A stretch of 61,503 nucleotides of DNA. Origin: Candidatus Vogelbacteria bacterium RIFOXYD1_FULL_46_19 (lineage in GTDB: Bacteria > Patescibacteriota > Minisyncoccia > Phycocordibacterales > XYD1-FULL-46-19). The stretch spans positions 1 to 61,503 of the forward strand of contig MHTK01000004.1 in assembly GCA_001824825.1 (NCBI GenBank). The letters are read 5' to 3'. Under the pieces are notes generated by a model. That model saw only the letters and a list, made by a program, of their open reading frames with translations, made no database searches and was not told the origin of the DNA. Below, in pieces: positions 45,641-54,697 of the stretch; positions within the stretch are counted from its first letter, which is position 1, and each line of letters begins with the position of its first letter. A program made the translations under genes and the position numbers.

Positions 45641-48109
45641 TTACAAATCTGTGTCTACCAATTCAGCGTCACGACCAGCTTCCAACTCCTCAGCCTCGGC
45701 TTCTGTTTCAATAGGAGCCGTCTCTTGAACTTCACTTTCTATACCAGCCAAAGCTGGTAAATCACTCTGGATATTCCTAATAATCCGTTTGATTTCTTGA
45801 TTGTCGGGATTGTACTGCTCGATCGTCTTAAATTGGCTTAGAGCCTCCGCCGACCGACCCAGCGCATCATAACTTAAACCTAAAAAGTACGAGGCGTTGG
45901 CATTTAAGCCGTTCGGACTAAGGGTAAGGACACGCTCAAAAGCCGTCGCCGCTTGCCGATAGTTTTGATCCTGAAAACGCATAAAGCCGAGCTGAAAATA
46001 CAAGTTCACTTCATTAGGCATCCGAATAGCAGCTGACTCTAAACGCTCCAAGGCGGCCGCACGCCCACCCGACTCTTGGTCTAGTTGTGCCAGCAGTAAA
46101 ACCGCCGGCGTGTAATTAGATTTAATATTCAAAGCTTCCTCCAAGTAAGCCCGGGCTTCGGCTTGATTACCGGCCCCAATTTCCAAGCGAGCCAAGCTAA
46201 GTAATATCTCCGGATCAAAAGGGCTCAAAGTTCTGGCTTCGGCATAGTGACGAAGCGCTTCCGTGTAAGCCCCTTCTAGTTTTAGTAGAGCTAAAAATTC
46301 ATAAACATTGCCCAGGGCCACCACATTTAAATGATCAGTGGGATTTAACTCATAGGCACTCCTCGCAAAAGTCACTGCGCTCCCTATCAACACACCCAAC
46401 TGTTGCTCTGTGATAGAATCCATCTCCCCCTCGATAGAAGCCAGCAGGGCATTAACCTCTTCAATTTTAGTATTAGCTAAAGCTCGTAAATAGATAGTAT
46501 TGTGGGGATCTAAATTAACAGCTTGACCTAGTGACTGGCCAGCGGCCGTAAAATTATTCTGAGTTAGAAGTTCAACGGCTTCACGATAACTAAGCACCGA
46601 CCAAAACTTTTGAATAATAGTGTAACCAGCAGCGATTAGTCCAATGAGTAACAGTACTATGACAAGCAAGGAAACAAAATAACTATTAGTAGTTTTATAT
46701 AAAGAGTATTCTTTTACTTTTATCGCCTTAGCGCTAATCAGAGAAGCAATAAATAAGCCGGTCGAACCAAATAGCATCACGAGCCCTAAAGAATCGGCGG
46801 TGTAAAAAATGGACACGACCCAAAAGTAAATCATCGACAAAGACGATAAAGCCACCAAAGGCTTAGCCAAAGGCTCCGAGGCTAAGTGACCAGGTATACG
46901 CACAATCGTAAAAACAATACTTATTAGTAACAACAACCAAGCTAAAACCCCCAACAGTCCTGCGGTAACCGCAAAGGTCGGTATCAAGCCCACACCCTGC
47001 GTAAAATTAAGATTCCAATAAGCTTGCTCGTTTAGTAACTTAGGCTTATACAAATTCCAAGCCGAACCAAAGTTATTGGGCCCCACTCCCAGCAAAAGAT
47101 CCTCTTGCCAGGTTTCTTTGACCACGGTCATAGTACTAGACCAAGTTGGACGCACCTCCAGAAAAGACAACCCCAGCCGATCATACAAACTATCGATAGA
47201 CTGGCCAAGGGGTTTACCGGAAGGACCAAGAGTTAAAAAGAGAACCGCAATCAAAACCACCACAAAAGATGGTCGGAAGACTTTCTGCCCACTTAAAGAG
47301 ATATTTACTCCCGGCTCGCTAGACTTACTCCTTTCTACGTTAACAATTGAAGTATAAATAAAAATCAATAGGGACGCTAAACCGAGCAAAAGCCAAACGA
47401 GCGCAAAATTAGTCAAGCCTAACATTAGAAGCGAGGAGACCAGGGCCCCGATCGACAACCACTTAATAAGTGGGCTACCAGCCACCGACTTTACTTCCAA
47501 TAGGACCAGAGCCACCAAAGCTACGAAACCATACCAGATACTGATTTCATACCACTTGCCAATCAAAGTCTGTGGCAACCACTTTAAAAGGACAGGGACC
47601 ACCGTGCCACCAATGGAAAATATTATTAGATGATACAAAGCTGATAATAGTCCCACCGCCAGCACCGCTAAGTAAAAGTTGAAAAGACGACGTCGACTGT
47701 CAAATAAAACAGCGGTCAAAAATAAAAGAACCGAAAGAGAAACGATCGATAAAGCCGTGCCCGATTCTACCAATGTTCCTAAAATAGACTGCCGCCAATT
47801 ACTACCTAGCAAGCCGGCGATAACTACCGAGAGTGGTAATATCGGTAAAGCCGCTAAAATCCAAGTCCAAGGCAGTTTCAGGGTGCCCACTTGCAACCGA
47901 CCCACCAACCATAAGACAACCGTCACCACGAGAATGCCTAATAAAAAATATTTCTTGCTCAAGTCAGGAGCTAAGCCCAAAAACCATAAACTTACAGTCG
48001 GCAAGAGGCTAAGTCCGACAAAGAGGACTAAAAACGCTGATTGATCAGCTGTCAAAAAACTTTGTTTGAGCGGCAAATTCTCTTTAGTCGCACTTTTAGA
48101 GATGGTCAT
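45641..48109 (-). CDS. Polytopic membrane protein (O-antigen-ligase/Wzy_C-like) with C-terminal TPRs
   Basis: About 12 TMs, LLGVGPNNF periplasmic-loop motif, then TPR repeats (LYFQLGFMRFQDQNYRQA, ASYFLGLSYDALG). Confidence 0.7.
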   Translation of the reverse strand: MTISKSATKENLPLKQSFLTADQSAFLVLFVGLSLLPTVSLWFLGLAPDLSKKYFLLGILVVTVVLWLVGRLQVGTLKLPWTWILAALPILPLSVVIAGLLGSNWRQSILGTLVESGTALSIVSLSVLLFLTAVLFDSRRRLFNFYLAVLAVGLLSALYHLIIFSIGGTVVPVLLKWLPQTLIGKWYEISIWYGFVALVALVLLEVKSVAGSPLIKWLSIGALVSSLLMLGLTNFALVWLLLGLASLLIFIYTSIVNVERSKSSEPGVNISLSGQKVFRPSFVVVLIAVLFLTLGPSGKPLGQSIDSLYDRLGLSFLEVRPTWSSTMTVVKETWQEDLLLGVGPNNFGSAWNLYKPKLLNEQAYWNLNFTQGVGLIPTFAVTAGLLGVLAWLLLLISIVFTIVRIPGHLASEPLAKPLVALSSLSMIYFWVVSIFYTADSLGLVMLFGSTGLFIASLISAKAIKVKEYSLYKTTNSYFVSLLVIVLLLIGLIAAGYTIIQKFWSVLSYREAVELLTQNNFTAAGQSLGQAVNLDPHNTIYLRALANTKIEEVNALLASIEGEMDSITEQQLGVLIGSAVTFARSAYELNPTDHLNVVALGNVYEFLALLKLEGAYTEALRHYAEARTLSPFDPEILLSLARLEIGAGNQAEARAYLEEALNIKSNYTPAVLLLAQLDQESGGRAAALERLESAAIRMPNEVNLYFQLGFMRFQDQNYRQAATAFERVLTLSPNGLNANASYFLGLSYDALGRSAEALSQFKTIEQYNPDNQEIKRIIRNIQSDLPALAGIESEVQETAPIETEAEAEELEAGRDAELVDTDL

Positions 48110-48178
48110 ACTTTTTTATTTAAATTTAGTTACTTGCTTTACCGCTACAGTATACTAAAATTTGAAACAACAGCCAAT

Positions 48179-48397
48179 ATGAATAAACGAAACTCCAAAA
48201 CTGAAGTTACTATTGGTACGGCCGCCGATATATTAGGCGTCTCTATCAACACCGTTCGACTGTGGGGTAAAAAAGGCTTACTTAAATCCAAACGCCACCC
48301 TAAAAATAACTATCGCCTGTACTCCATTTCCAATTTAGAACAGTTTGCTGAACTTAATCAATTAAACCGAGGACGCCGGACTCTTCGAGCTGATTAA
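48179..48397 (+). CDS. MerR-type HTH DNA-binding protein
   Basis: TIGTAADILGVSINTVRLWGKKG..RHPKNNYRLY; true ATG at 48179. Confidence 0.85.
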   Translation: MNKRNSKTEVTIGTAADILGVSINTVRLWGKKGLLKSKRHPKNNYRLYSISNLEQFAELNQLNRGRRTLRAD

Positions 48398-48446
48398 ATC
48401 CACCCTATCAAAAAACCCCGCCTTAGGCGGAGTTTTTTGATTTTAT

Positions 48447-49024
48447 ATCTGTTGTCTATAAGCCGAATTCTGTACCAAGCATCACTTTCAATACTCTTAC
48501 TTGTCTCTCGAAAAATACTGAAAGTGATGCTCGGCGATGGCTATTTATCTGGGAGTACTGTTGCCAGTACCCTCTAGCGGCACAAACCGGTGACTAGCAC
48601 CGGAGTACGGCCTTGCACTTAGGTAAGGATTTAGCCGTTTCACCAATATGTTACCATATTGCTAATCCTTAAAAAGGATTCTCTCGCCTTTCAGCTCAAG
48701 CGTCTCTGCTCGCACCTCTACATTTGCATGCGACGGGTGTTACCCGCTACCCGGCTGCCCCTCACATGAAATAGTCTTATGAATTTTGTGAGCTAAGGTT
48801 GTCACCGAGTTTATAAAAAAGTTGGCTCGATTGAACAAACACAACTACACGGCTTAAACCTCATCTAGACTCACGAGACCATTTCATGTGAGGGGCAAGT
48901 GTTCGGACTTTCCTCCAAGCACCACTTTCAACCATCAAACTTAGACGAGCTTGATTATATGGTGATTAACTAAAATTCACCTTTAGCTGAAAGTGGTGCT
49001 CGGCAACCATCCGGCAACAGACTC
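48447..49024 (-). ncRNA. rnpB: RNase P RNA with large insertions
   Basis: Minus strand: GAGGAAAGTCC (P4 5'), GGTAAC in P8, GTGAAACGG, TGCAAG, ACAGAATTCGGCTTAT (P4 3'); P1 TCTGTTG/CAACAGA. Ends approximate. Confidence 0.92.
48757..48896. repeat. 140-bp insert with perfect 16-bp terminal inverted repeats inside rnpB
   Basis: GCCCCTCACATGAAAT ... ATTTCATGTGAGGGGC. Confidence 0.75.
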
Positions 49025-49100
49025 TCAAATTATACTACAAACTACAAACAAAAACAAGGGCTTCTGGCCCTGGTTTTTGCTCACAACCCGACGTCTCCTC

Positions 49101-51419
49101 CTAACTACTCGCTTGTTCACTCCCTGTCCCTGCTTCAGCTGGAATGTCAATTTCGCACGTCCCCCCAGCACAAGCCAGCTCTTTTTTAACTTCAGTCTGA
49201 TCTTCTTTTTCATAACTGACAATTTTAGAAAAATCCATATCACCAAAAGCTTTAGATAACTCCAAGTACCTGGCTTCGTCTATTTCTTCGTACGGTGCCA
49301 ACTGATAGACATGCTCACTGCGAGGTAAGAAGGACAGTCCACCGATAATATCCCAGTGTTCGTACAACCAGTTGACGACGGTAATCCACTCATCATTACC
49401 CACTGAAATAGTGACCGATGGGTTATGTTCGGTAAAATTTTCCTTAAGCATTTTCCAATATTCAAGCTGTTCCAAAGCACTCATATCATTTTTGAAAGTA
49501 CTATTGTCCGGGGCTTTAATCGGAAATTCCAACACATAGGTCGTGGCATTCGTCGCCGACTGACCAACCTCCGGATGGTAAGGTACACCTTGATCTTTCA
49601 ACATTTGAAACAAAGCATCCGTCGCTGAAATTCTAATACGGCGAATATAGTAGGCGGCGTGTCGAGGGTGCATACCAGAGGCCGCATCGACGGTTTGCGA
49701 CACAGTCCCCGACGGCTTAACGCAAGTAATAGCGGTTGATTCGCCTACCCCAAAACGCTTAGCATACTCCCGATTTACCTCCAACGCATAATCACGCATT
49801 TTTCGTAAAGTCTCTGCAGTCCTGACCGCCGGTGAGTCCCACTGACCAGTAATCGACACCCCGAGCAACCGCTCGGCTTCGCAGTTAACTTTCCAATCTT
49901 TAGATAAATAAGCGAAGTTCGTCAAAGTGGACTGATAAGTGCCCAGGATAGTAGCGATCCTGATTTTTTTCAGCAAAGTCTCTTCCGTATCTTCCGCCCG
50001 AGCCACCACTTCTGATAAGTTGCAAAACTGTTTGGATCGTAAAATTATTTCCCCACAAGGGTTAGTTCCCAATTGGTTGAAAAAGCCTTCCGACACCTTA
50101 AGGCGACGAGCTGGTAAAGTATGCTTCAAGGCTCCGCGGTTAAAAATTCCTCTTTCGCCGGTGCCACTGGCGACCAGCGCCGTCCACTCGTTTAAAAGTT
50201 CCGAAGCATGAGGCTTTTCATCATAGACGGCCGAGTTATTCGCAAGGCTACGCTGAGGATCAGTCAACCAGAACTGACCGGTCTTAGCATCACGAATGTC
50301 TTTATCATCCAGATCAGATAAGGAAATAAGAGCACTACGCCGAACACCGCCAGCCACCACAATCTCGCCAATTTTACAGATAATGTCATGAGCATCCAAG
50401 TTGGTGAGGCGTTTGCCCTGACGTCGTAACACTCGCTCCCGGGTAAAAACTATCAGTTGACGCAAGGGCTCCGGACCAGATGACTTGCCTCCCATCGTCT
50501 TAAGCCTGGCCCCGGCCGGTCGGAGCTTAGACAAGTCAAAATCTACATCCTGCCCGGCGTACCAAGTCTTCAAGCCATAGGTTAAAGCATCGCACCACCC
50601 TTCTTTACTGTCCTCCACCACAAAGGTGGTAAGTTTTTGACCGGTCTGCTTGGTGATAATCGGCAACTGTTGAATGTTTTGACTTTCAGCCGCAAAACCG
50701 CAACCAGTACCACACATCGAGACATACATAATCTCCGCGAAATCTTCCAGTTTAGACGGGGCGATAAACGAACAGTTATAAGCGCAGACATTGGTCTTGC
50801 GGGCCGCTTTGCCGGCAAACTGCATCAAGCGCATCGAGGGCATAGCTTCCTGTTTTAAAATAGCTTGTCTCACTTCTTCGTATTCGGCCTCCGCCAGCTT
50901 GTCCCCTAAATTTTCTTTCATAAAATCAATATACCGCCCCACTGTCTCCACCCAGGTTTCCCGCCTGTTCTCACCCTCAATCCAATTGGAGTAAGAGCGA
51001 TAATAAACAAATTCGCCCAGCGAATTACGAAAATACTGACGACTTTCTTCCACCAGCGCTTTGACTTTTTCTGGCACCTCACCATGTTCCCGCCTAGCTT
51101 CGGCTCGTCGTTCACGATAGAGAATATAAGCCTTGGCTGTACTTGGAAACTGGCTTAAAATAAGGCTTTTTTCAACTAAGTCTTGGATTTCTTCCACCCC
51201 CGGCAAATACTCTTTACCCTCTTGTTTAGCCGCCGTCGCGGCCATTTCTTGCCCCACCAACTTGGCGACCGAAGCGGCCTCACCCTCTTTACCTTCACCC
51301 GCCGCTTTCATCGCCTTCATGATGGCGTGTTCGACTTTAGCCAAATCAAAATCCACTACCGATCCGTCACGCTTGGTAATTTTAGTAACGGTCGTCAAAG
51401 TAGATTTCTGATTGGACAT
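49101..51419 (-). CDS. nrdJ: Class II (adenosylcobalamin-dependent) ribonucleotide reductase with an N-terminal ATP cone
   Basis: ITKRDG ATP cone, GTNPCGEI, FCNLSEV, TCVKPSGT, C-terminal CAGGTCE. Confidence 0.92.
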   Translation of the reverse strand: MSNQKSTLTTVTKITKRDGSVVDFDLAKVEHAIMKAMKAAGEGKEGEAASVAKLVGQEMAATAAKQEGKEYLPGVEEIQDLVEKSLILSQFPSTAKAYILYRERRAEARREHGEVPEKVKALVEESRQYFRNSLGEFVYYRSYSNWIEGENRRETWVETVGRYIDFMKENLGDKLAEAEYEEVRQAILKQEAMPSMRLMQFAGKAARKTNVCAYNCSFIAPSKLEDFAEIMYVSMCGTGCGFAAESQNIQQLPIITKQTGQKLTTFVVEDSKEGWCDALTYGLKTWYAGQDVDFDLSKLRPAGARLKTMGGKSSGPEPLRQLIVFTRERVLRRQGKRLTNLDAHDIICKIGEIVVAGGVRRSALISLSDLDDKDIRDAKTGQFWLTDPQRSLANNSAVYDEKPHASELLNEWTALVASGTGERGIFNRGALKHTLPARRLKVSEGFFNQLGTNPCGEIILRSKQFCNLSEVVARAEDTEETLLKKIRIATILGTYQSTLTNFAYLSKDWKVNCEAERLLGVSITGQWDSPAVRTAETLRKMRDYALEVNREYAKRFGVGESTAITCVKPSGTVSQTVDAASGMHPRHAAYYIRRIRISATDALFQMLKDQGVPYHPEVGQSATNATTYVLEFPIKAPDNSTFKNDMSALEQLEYWKMLKENFTEHNPSVTISVGNDEWITVVNWLYEHWDIIGGLSFLPRSEHVYQLAPYEEIDEARYLELSKAFGDMDFSKIVSYEKEDQTEVKKELACAGGTCEIDIPAEAGTGSEQASS

Positions 51420-51696
51420 AAATAGGAGTTTTATATTAGGAATAAGAGTTTAAAGCAGACCTTAGGTCACTCATTATAGTACACAGATCAACTTGACCCA
51501 AGAAATAATGTTGATAAACTCACCTCAAAAATAGTTAAGAAATGAAAATTAAAAAACTTCAAGCGAGGGTCAAAATTAACTCGTGATCACAACGTTATTT
51601 CGGTCATAATTCTTGAGTTTTAGATTTAGCTGCAAGATGAATTTAGTCCTAGGGCCCGCTTCATAGCTCGCAACCTAAGTTGAAAGATCCAGGTAA

Positions 51697-52161
51697 CTAA
51701 AATTTCTTCCTGGTAATAAAGCGCGAAAATACCAACAAAAAAATTAGAATGGAAATGCCGGCCGACACTAAGCAGTAAAAGCAGTAAGCGCCTAAAATAG
51801 CGGCTTGCAAATATAAGAGCCAACCGGAAAATCCTAGACCCAACAAAGACCAGCCAGCGAGTAGCCACCACCATAAGTCTCGACCAGTCTCCCGATGCAA
51901 GAAAATAAAAGTCAAAATAAGGCTGTAATACAGTACACCAAGCAGGGCCACCGGTATCACCCCGCCAATAGTGGAGTACTGGCTACCGGTCACCACGTCA
52001 CAACCCTCGACCAGCAAGCACCTAACCGAACCACCTAAAAAGTGTTTGGCGGTCAAATAGGAAGCATCAAGAAACCCTAGTAAGCCCAGAGCGGCGATAG
52101 TTAGAGTTAACCGATTACTCGTTAACTGTAGTTTGGGTGGTAGTGGAACTATTTGGTTCAT
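51697..52161 (-). CDS. Vitamin K epoxide reductase (VKOR) family protein
   Basis: CLLVEGC, SQYSTIGG.PVALLG, AYCFYC; start uncertain. Confidence 0.9.
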   Translation of the reverse strand: MNQIVPLPPKLQLTSNRLTLTIAALGLLGFLDASYLTAKHFLGGSVRCLLVEGCDVVTGSQYSTIGGVIPVALLGVLYYSLILTFIFLHRETGRDLWWWLLAGWSLLGLGFSGWLLYLQAAILGAYCFYCLVSAGISILIFLLVFSRFITRKKF

Positions 52162-52873
52162 TGTTTTTAGTCTTTATGGCCGCTTCAATTAAGTCGGCAA
52201 ATTCTCCCGCCGTTCTAGCCTTGACTTCCACGCCGTCTAAATAAAAAGTGGGGGTGCCACTAACACGAGCTTGAACACCACTTAAATAGTCGCGCTCGAC
52301 CCGCTCAGCGACTGCCTCACTTACTAAGTCAGCCTCAAAGCGGTTCATATCTAACCCTAGCTCGGAGGCGTAACTAGCGAAAGTGACTCGAGCGGTGGTC
52401 GGACTTTGGCTCGCCCAGGCGGTTTGATTGGCAAACATTAAAGTAGATATTTCCCAAAATTTGCCTTGCACAGCGGCCGCTTCACTAACCTGGGCCGCCA
52501 GGCGGGCATTCTGATGCTGGGGTAGTGGATAATGCCGATAGACAAACAATAAGTCATCCCGAAAGTCAGCTACTACTTCTTTTACCAATGGCTCATAGGC
52601 GGCACAAGCCGGACACTGAAAGTCGCTATACTCGATTAAAGTAACACCGCCCGGGGTACCCAAAACGTGATCATCAGCCGTAATCGAGGCTAGATCAACT
52701 TTTACCGTTTGGGGACCACTGGTAGTCCCGGATTGTTGGGCTGACCAAACCACGCCAAATATTAAAGCCACCAAAGCTGCCAGACCAATTATTAATAAAA
52801 TAAATTTTTTAACTACTCGTTCTCGGCTTTTGCGCAAAGATCTTTCTTGTTTAGTTTCTTTGATTATAGACAT
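52115..52873 (-). CDS. DsbA-family thiol-disulfide oxidoreductase
   Basis: IEYSDFQCPAC, RHYPL, VSGTPTFY; N-terminal TM. Confidence 0.92.
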   Translation of the reverse strand: MSIIKETKQERSLRKSRERVVKKFILLIIGLAALVALIFGVVWSAQQSGTTSGPQTVKVDLASITADDHVLGTPGGVTLIEYSDFQCPACAAYEPLVKEVVADFRDDLLFVYRHYPLPQHQNARLAAQVSEAAAVQGKFWEISTLMFANQTAWASQSPTTARVTFASYASELGLDMNRFEADLVSEAVAERVERDYLSGVQARVSGTPTFYLDGVEVKARTAGEFADLIEAAIKTKNNEPNSSTTTQTTVNE

Positions 52874-52939
52874 AAATAACAATATACCATTCTCATAGTC
52901 TTTAGCCAAAAACCTGGTTTAGTGGTAATTAATTCGTCT

Positions 52940-53260
52940 TTACTTGCCAGCCGGCAGATAAATAGACGTTTTACCGGTGATGATTTTAAACAGATTTTCA
53001 ATAAAATCCCCACCGGCATAGCCAATGATAAAACCCAGAGCCGGAGTGAGAGTCTCGAGCCCTAAGAAAGTAATCCCTAAGTCTTCGGTCACCCAAGCCG
53101 CCAAAGAACCAACTAGACCAGAAAGGACCACTCCACTAATAAAATAAAGCGGATTAAAAGTCACATTGCGATAGGAGTAATGATATTTAAAATAGCCCAC
53201 CAAACCCCGCACCACACCCCCACCAAGTCCAGCAAGTAACACTCCAGAAAATATATCCAT
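52940..53260 (-). CDS. Hypothetical Gly-rich small membrane protein
   Basis: Three hydrophobic segments with GxxxG motifs. Confidence 0.7.
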   Translation of the reverse strand: MDIFSGVLLAGLGGGVVRGLVGYFKYHYSYRNVTFNPLYFISGVVLSGLVGSLAAWVTEDLGITFLGLETLTPALGFIIGYAGGDFIENLFKIITGKTSIYLPAGK

Positions 53261-53431
53261 AGTTAAATTAAAAGACTGCTAATAGATGAAACTCTGCTTA
53301 AATCATAACAAAAGTTAAAAAAATTAACTCATCCTTTATCAACTATCTTGAAACTTAAGTTGATTTGGTAAAATTAGACCCGGTTCCACCTATGGTAAGT
53401 GGCCGGGTCTATTATCAACTGTCTCATTTTT

Positions 53432-53722
53432 CTACTCTTCCTTATACCAATCGTCCCGTTCTTGGGACCAGTCTGGTTGCCCAAATAATTCCTGCCGACC
53501 GAAAGTGCAGTCCAAATGGTCGTCTTCCGGTTCTCCTGGTTGTGGTGAATCAGGTGAGTTAAATGGGCACTCCACCGGGTCCACAGTCGCCGGTGGTTGC
53601 CAGTTTTGTCGACAAAAAATCCTTTCCACTGGCCACCGAGTTTCAAAATCAGCTAGAAGCTTGATTCCATCCGCAAGAGTCCAAGGGCCCAAACGATCGA
53701 GTAGTAAACTAAGGTGTGTCAT
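53432..53722 (-). CDS. Hypothetical acidic protein
   Basis: Strong SD AAGGAGGT before the ATG. Confidence 0.5.
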   Translation of the reverse strand: MTHLSLLLDRLGPWTLADGIKLLADFETRWPVERIFCRQNWQPPATVDPVECPFNSPDSPQPGEPEDDHLDCTFGRQELFGQPDWSQERDDWYKEE

Positions 53723-53853
53723 GTCTGACCTCCTTTAATTTGTCCCGATACTTCATCTCCCTATACTCTAGCACTAGCCACCAAGCTCAGCAATTACTCC
53801 AACCCCTTAAACTATTTGACCAAAACCCATCTGGCCAGTTATGATGATCTTTC

Positions 53854-54291
53854 ATGAAAAAAATTACCACTGGCGAGCTGATTAATAAATCCGCCTCCCC
53901 CTGCTTTCGGGTGGCCCGGGGTCTATCTGGACTCGGTCTCGTGGCTACTCGCGACATAACACGGGGTCAAACTATTGTGGAGTACATTGGCCCTCTCTTA
54001 AGTCGGACGGAGGCCGACGACAAAGGCGGTCGTTACTTGTTTGATGTCAATAGTCGCTGGACCATGGATGGCTCCGGCCGGACTAATGTCGCCCGCTACG
54101 TCAACCACTCCTGCCGACCCAATGCCGAGGCCGTCATAAAAAACCGGCGCATTTTTATTACCGCTCTCAAAAAAATTAAACCCGGGGAAGAAATTTGTTA
54201 TGACTATGGTAAAGAGTATTTCGACGAGTTCATCGAACCCCACGGCTGCCACTGTGCCAGCTGTCAAAAGAAGAGCCCGAAGCGAGTCTAG
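53854..54291 (+). CDS. SET-domain protein-lysine methyltransferase
   Basis: GLGLVA, RYVNHSCRPN, EICYDYG, post-SET CHCASC. Confidence 0.93.
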   Translation: MKKITTGELINKSASPCFRVARGLSGLGLVATRDITRGQTIVEYIGPLLSRTEADDKGGRYLFDVNSRWTMDGSGRTNVARYVNHSCRPNAEAVIKNRRIFITALKKIKPGEEICYDYGKEYFDEFIEPHGCHCASCQKKSPKRV

Positions 54292-54319
54292 GACTCGCTT
54301 CGGGCTCCGAGAGGAGCGT

Positions 54320-54547
54320 TTAGAATTTAACGAACTGATCTTGAGTCTCCTCGTGAAAGTGTTCGGCACCCCCATTTCGGATATAGTGCCAGGCCAATTC
54401 TGCAGGAGTCGGATCCCGGTCGATACCCTGAGCTCGCAGAGCTTGGATCGTATAATACCGATTGTCAGCACTCAAAATTTGCGCGCATTGGGCCGCCATT
54501 CGAGCGGCGGTATCAACCACTCCTTCCCTTTCTTTTGATTCCATCAT
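54320..54547 (-). CDS. Hypothetical protein
   Basis: SD GGGAGG upstream; 75 aa. Confidence 0.5.
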   Translation of the reverse strand: MMESKEREGVVDTAARMAAQCAQILSADNRYYTIQALRAQGIDRDPTPAELAWHYIRNGGAEHFHEETQDQFVKF

Positions 54548-54697
54548 GATAAACCCTCCCTGCCCGACTATTCCGTTAAATTACCCAGTGGAATAGATTG
54601 TCTAATCCTAGAGTAGCATAAGGAGCTTGAGTGTAAATACTTTAAAAGTCGAGTGGTGGACAACTTTACAGTAGAATTCCTCGTGCTAACTATTAGA

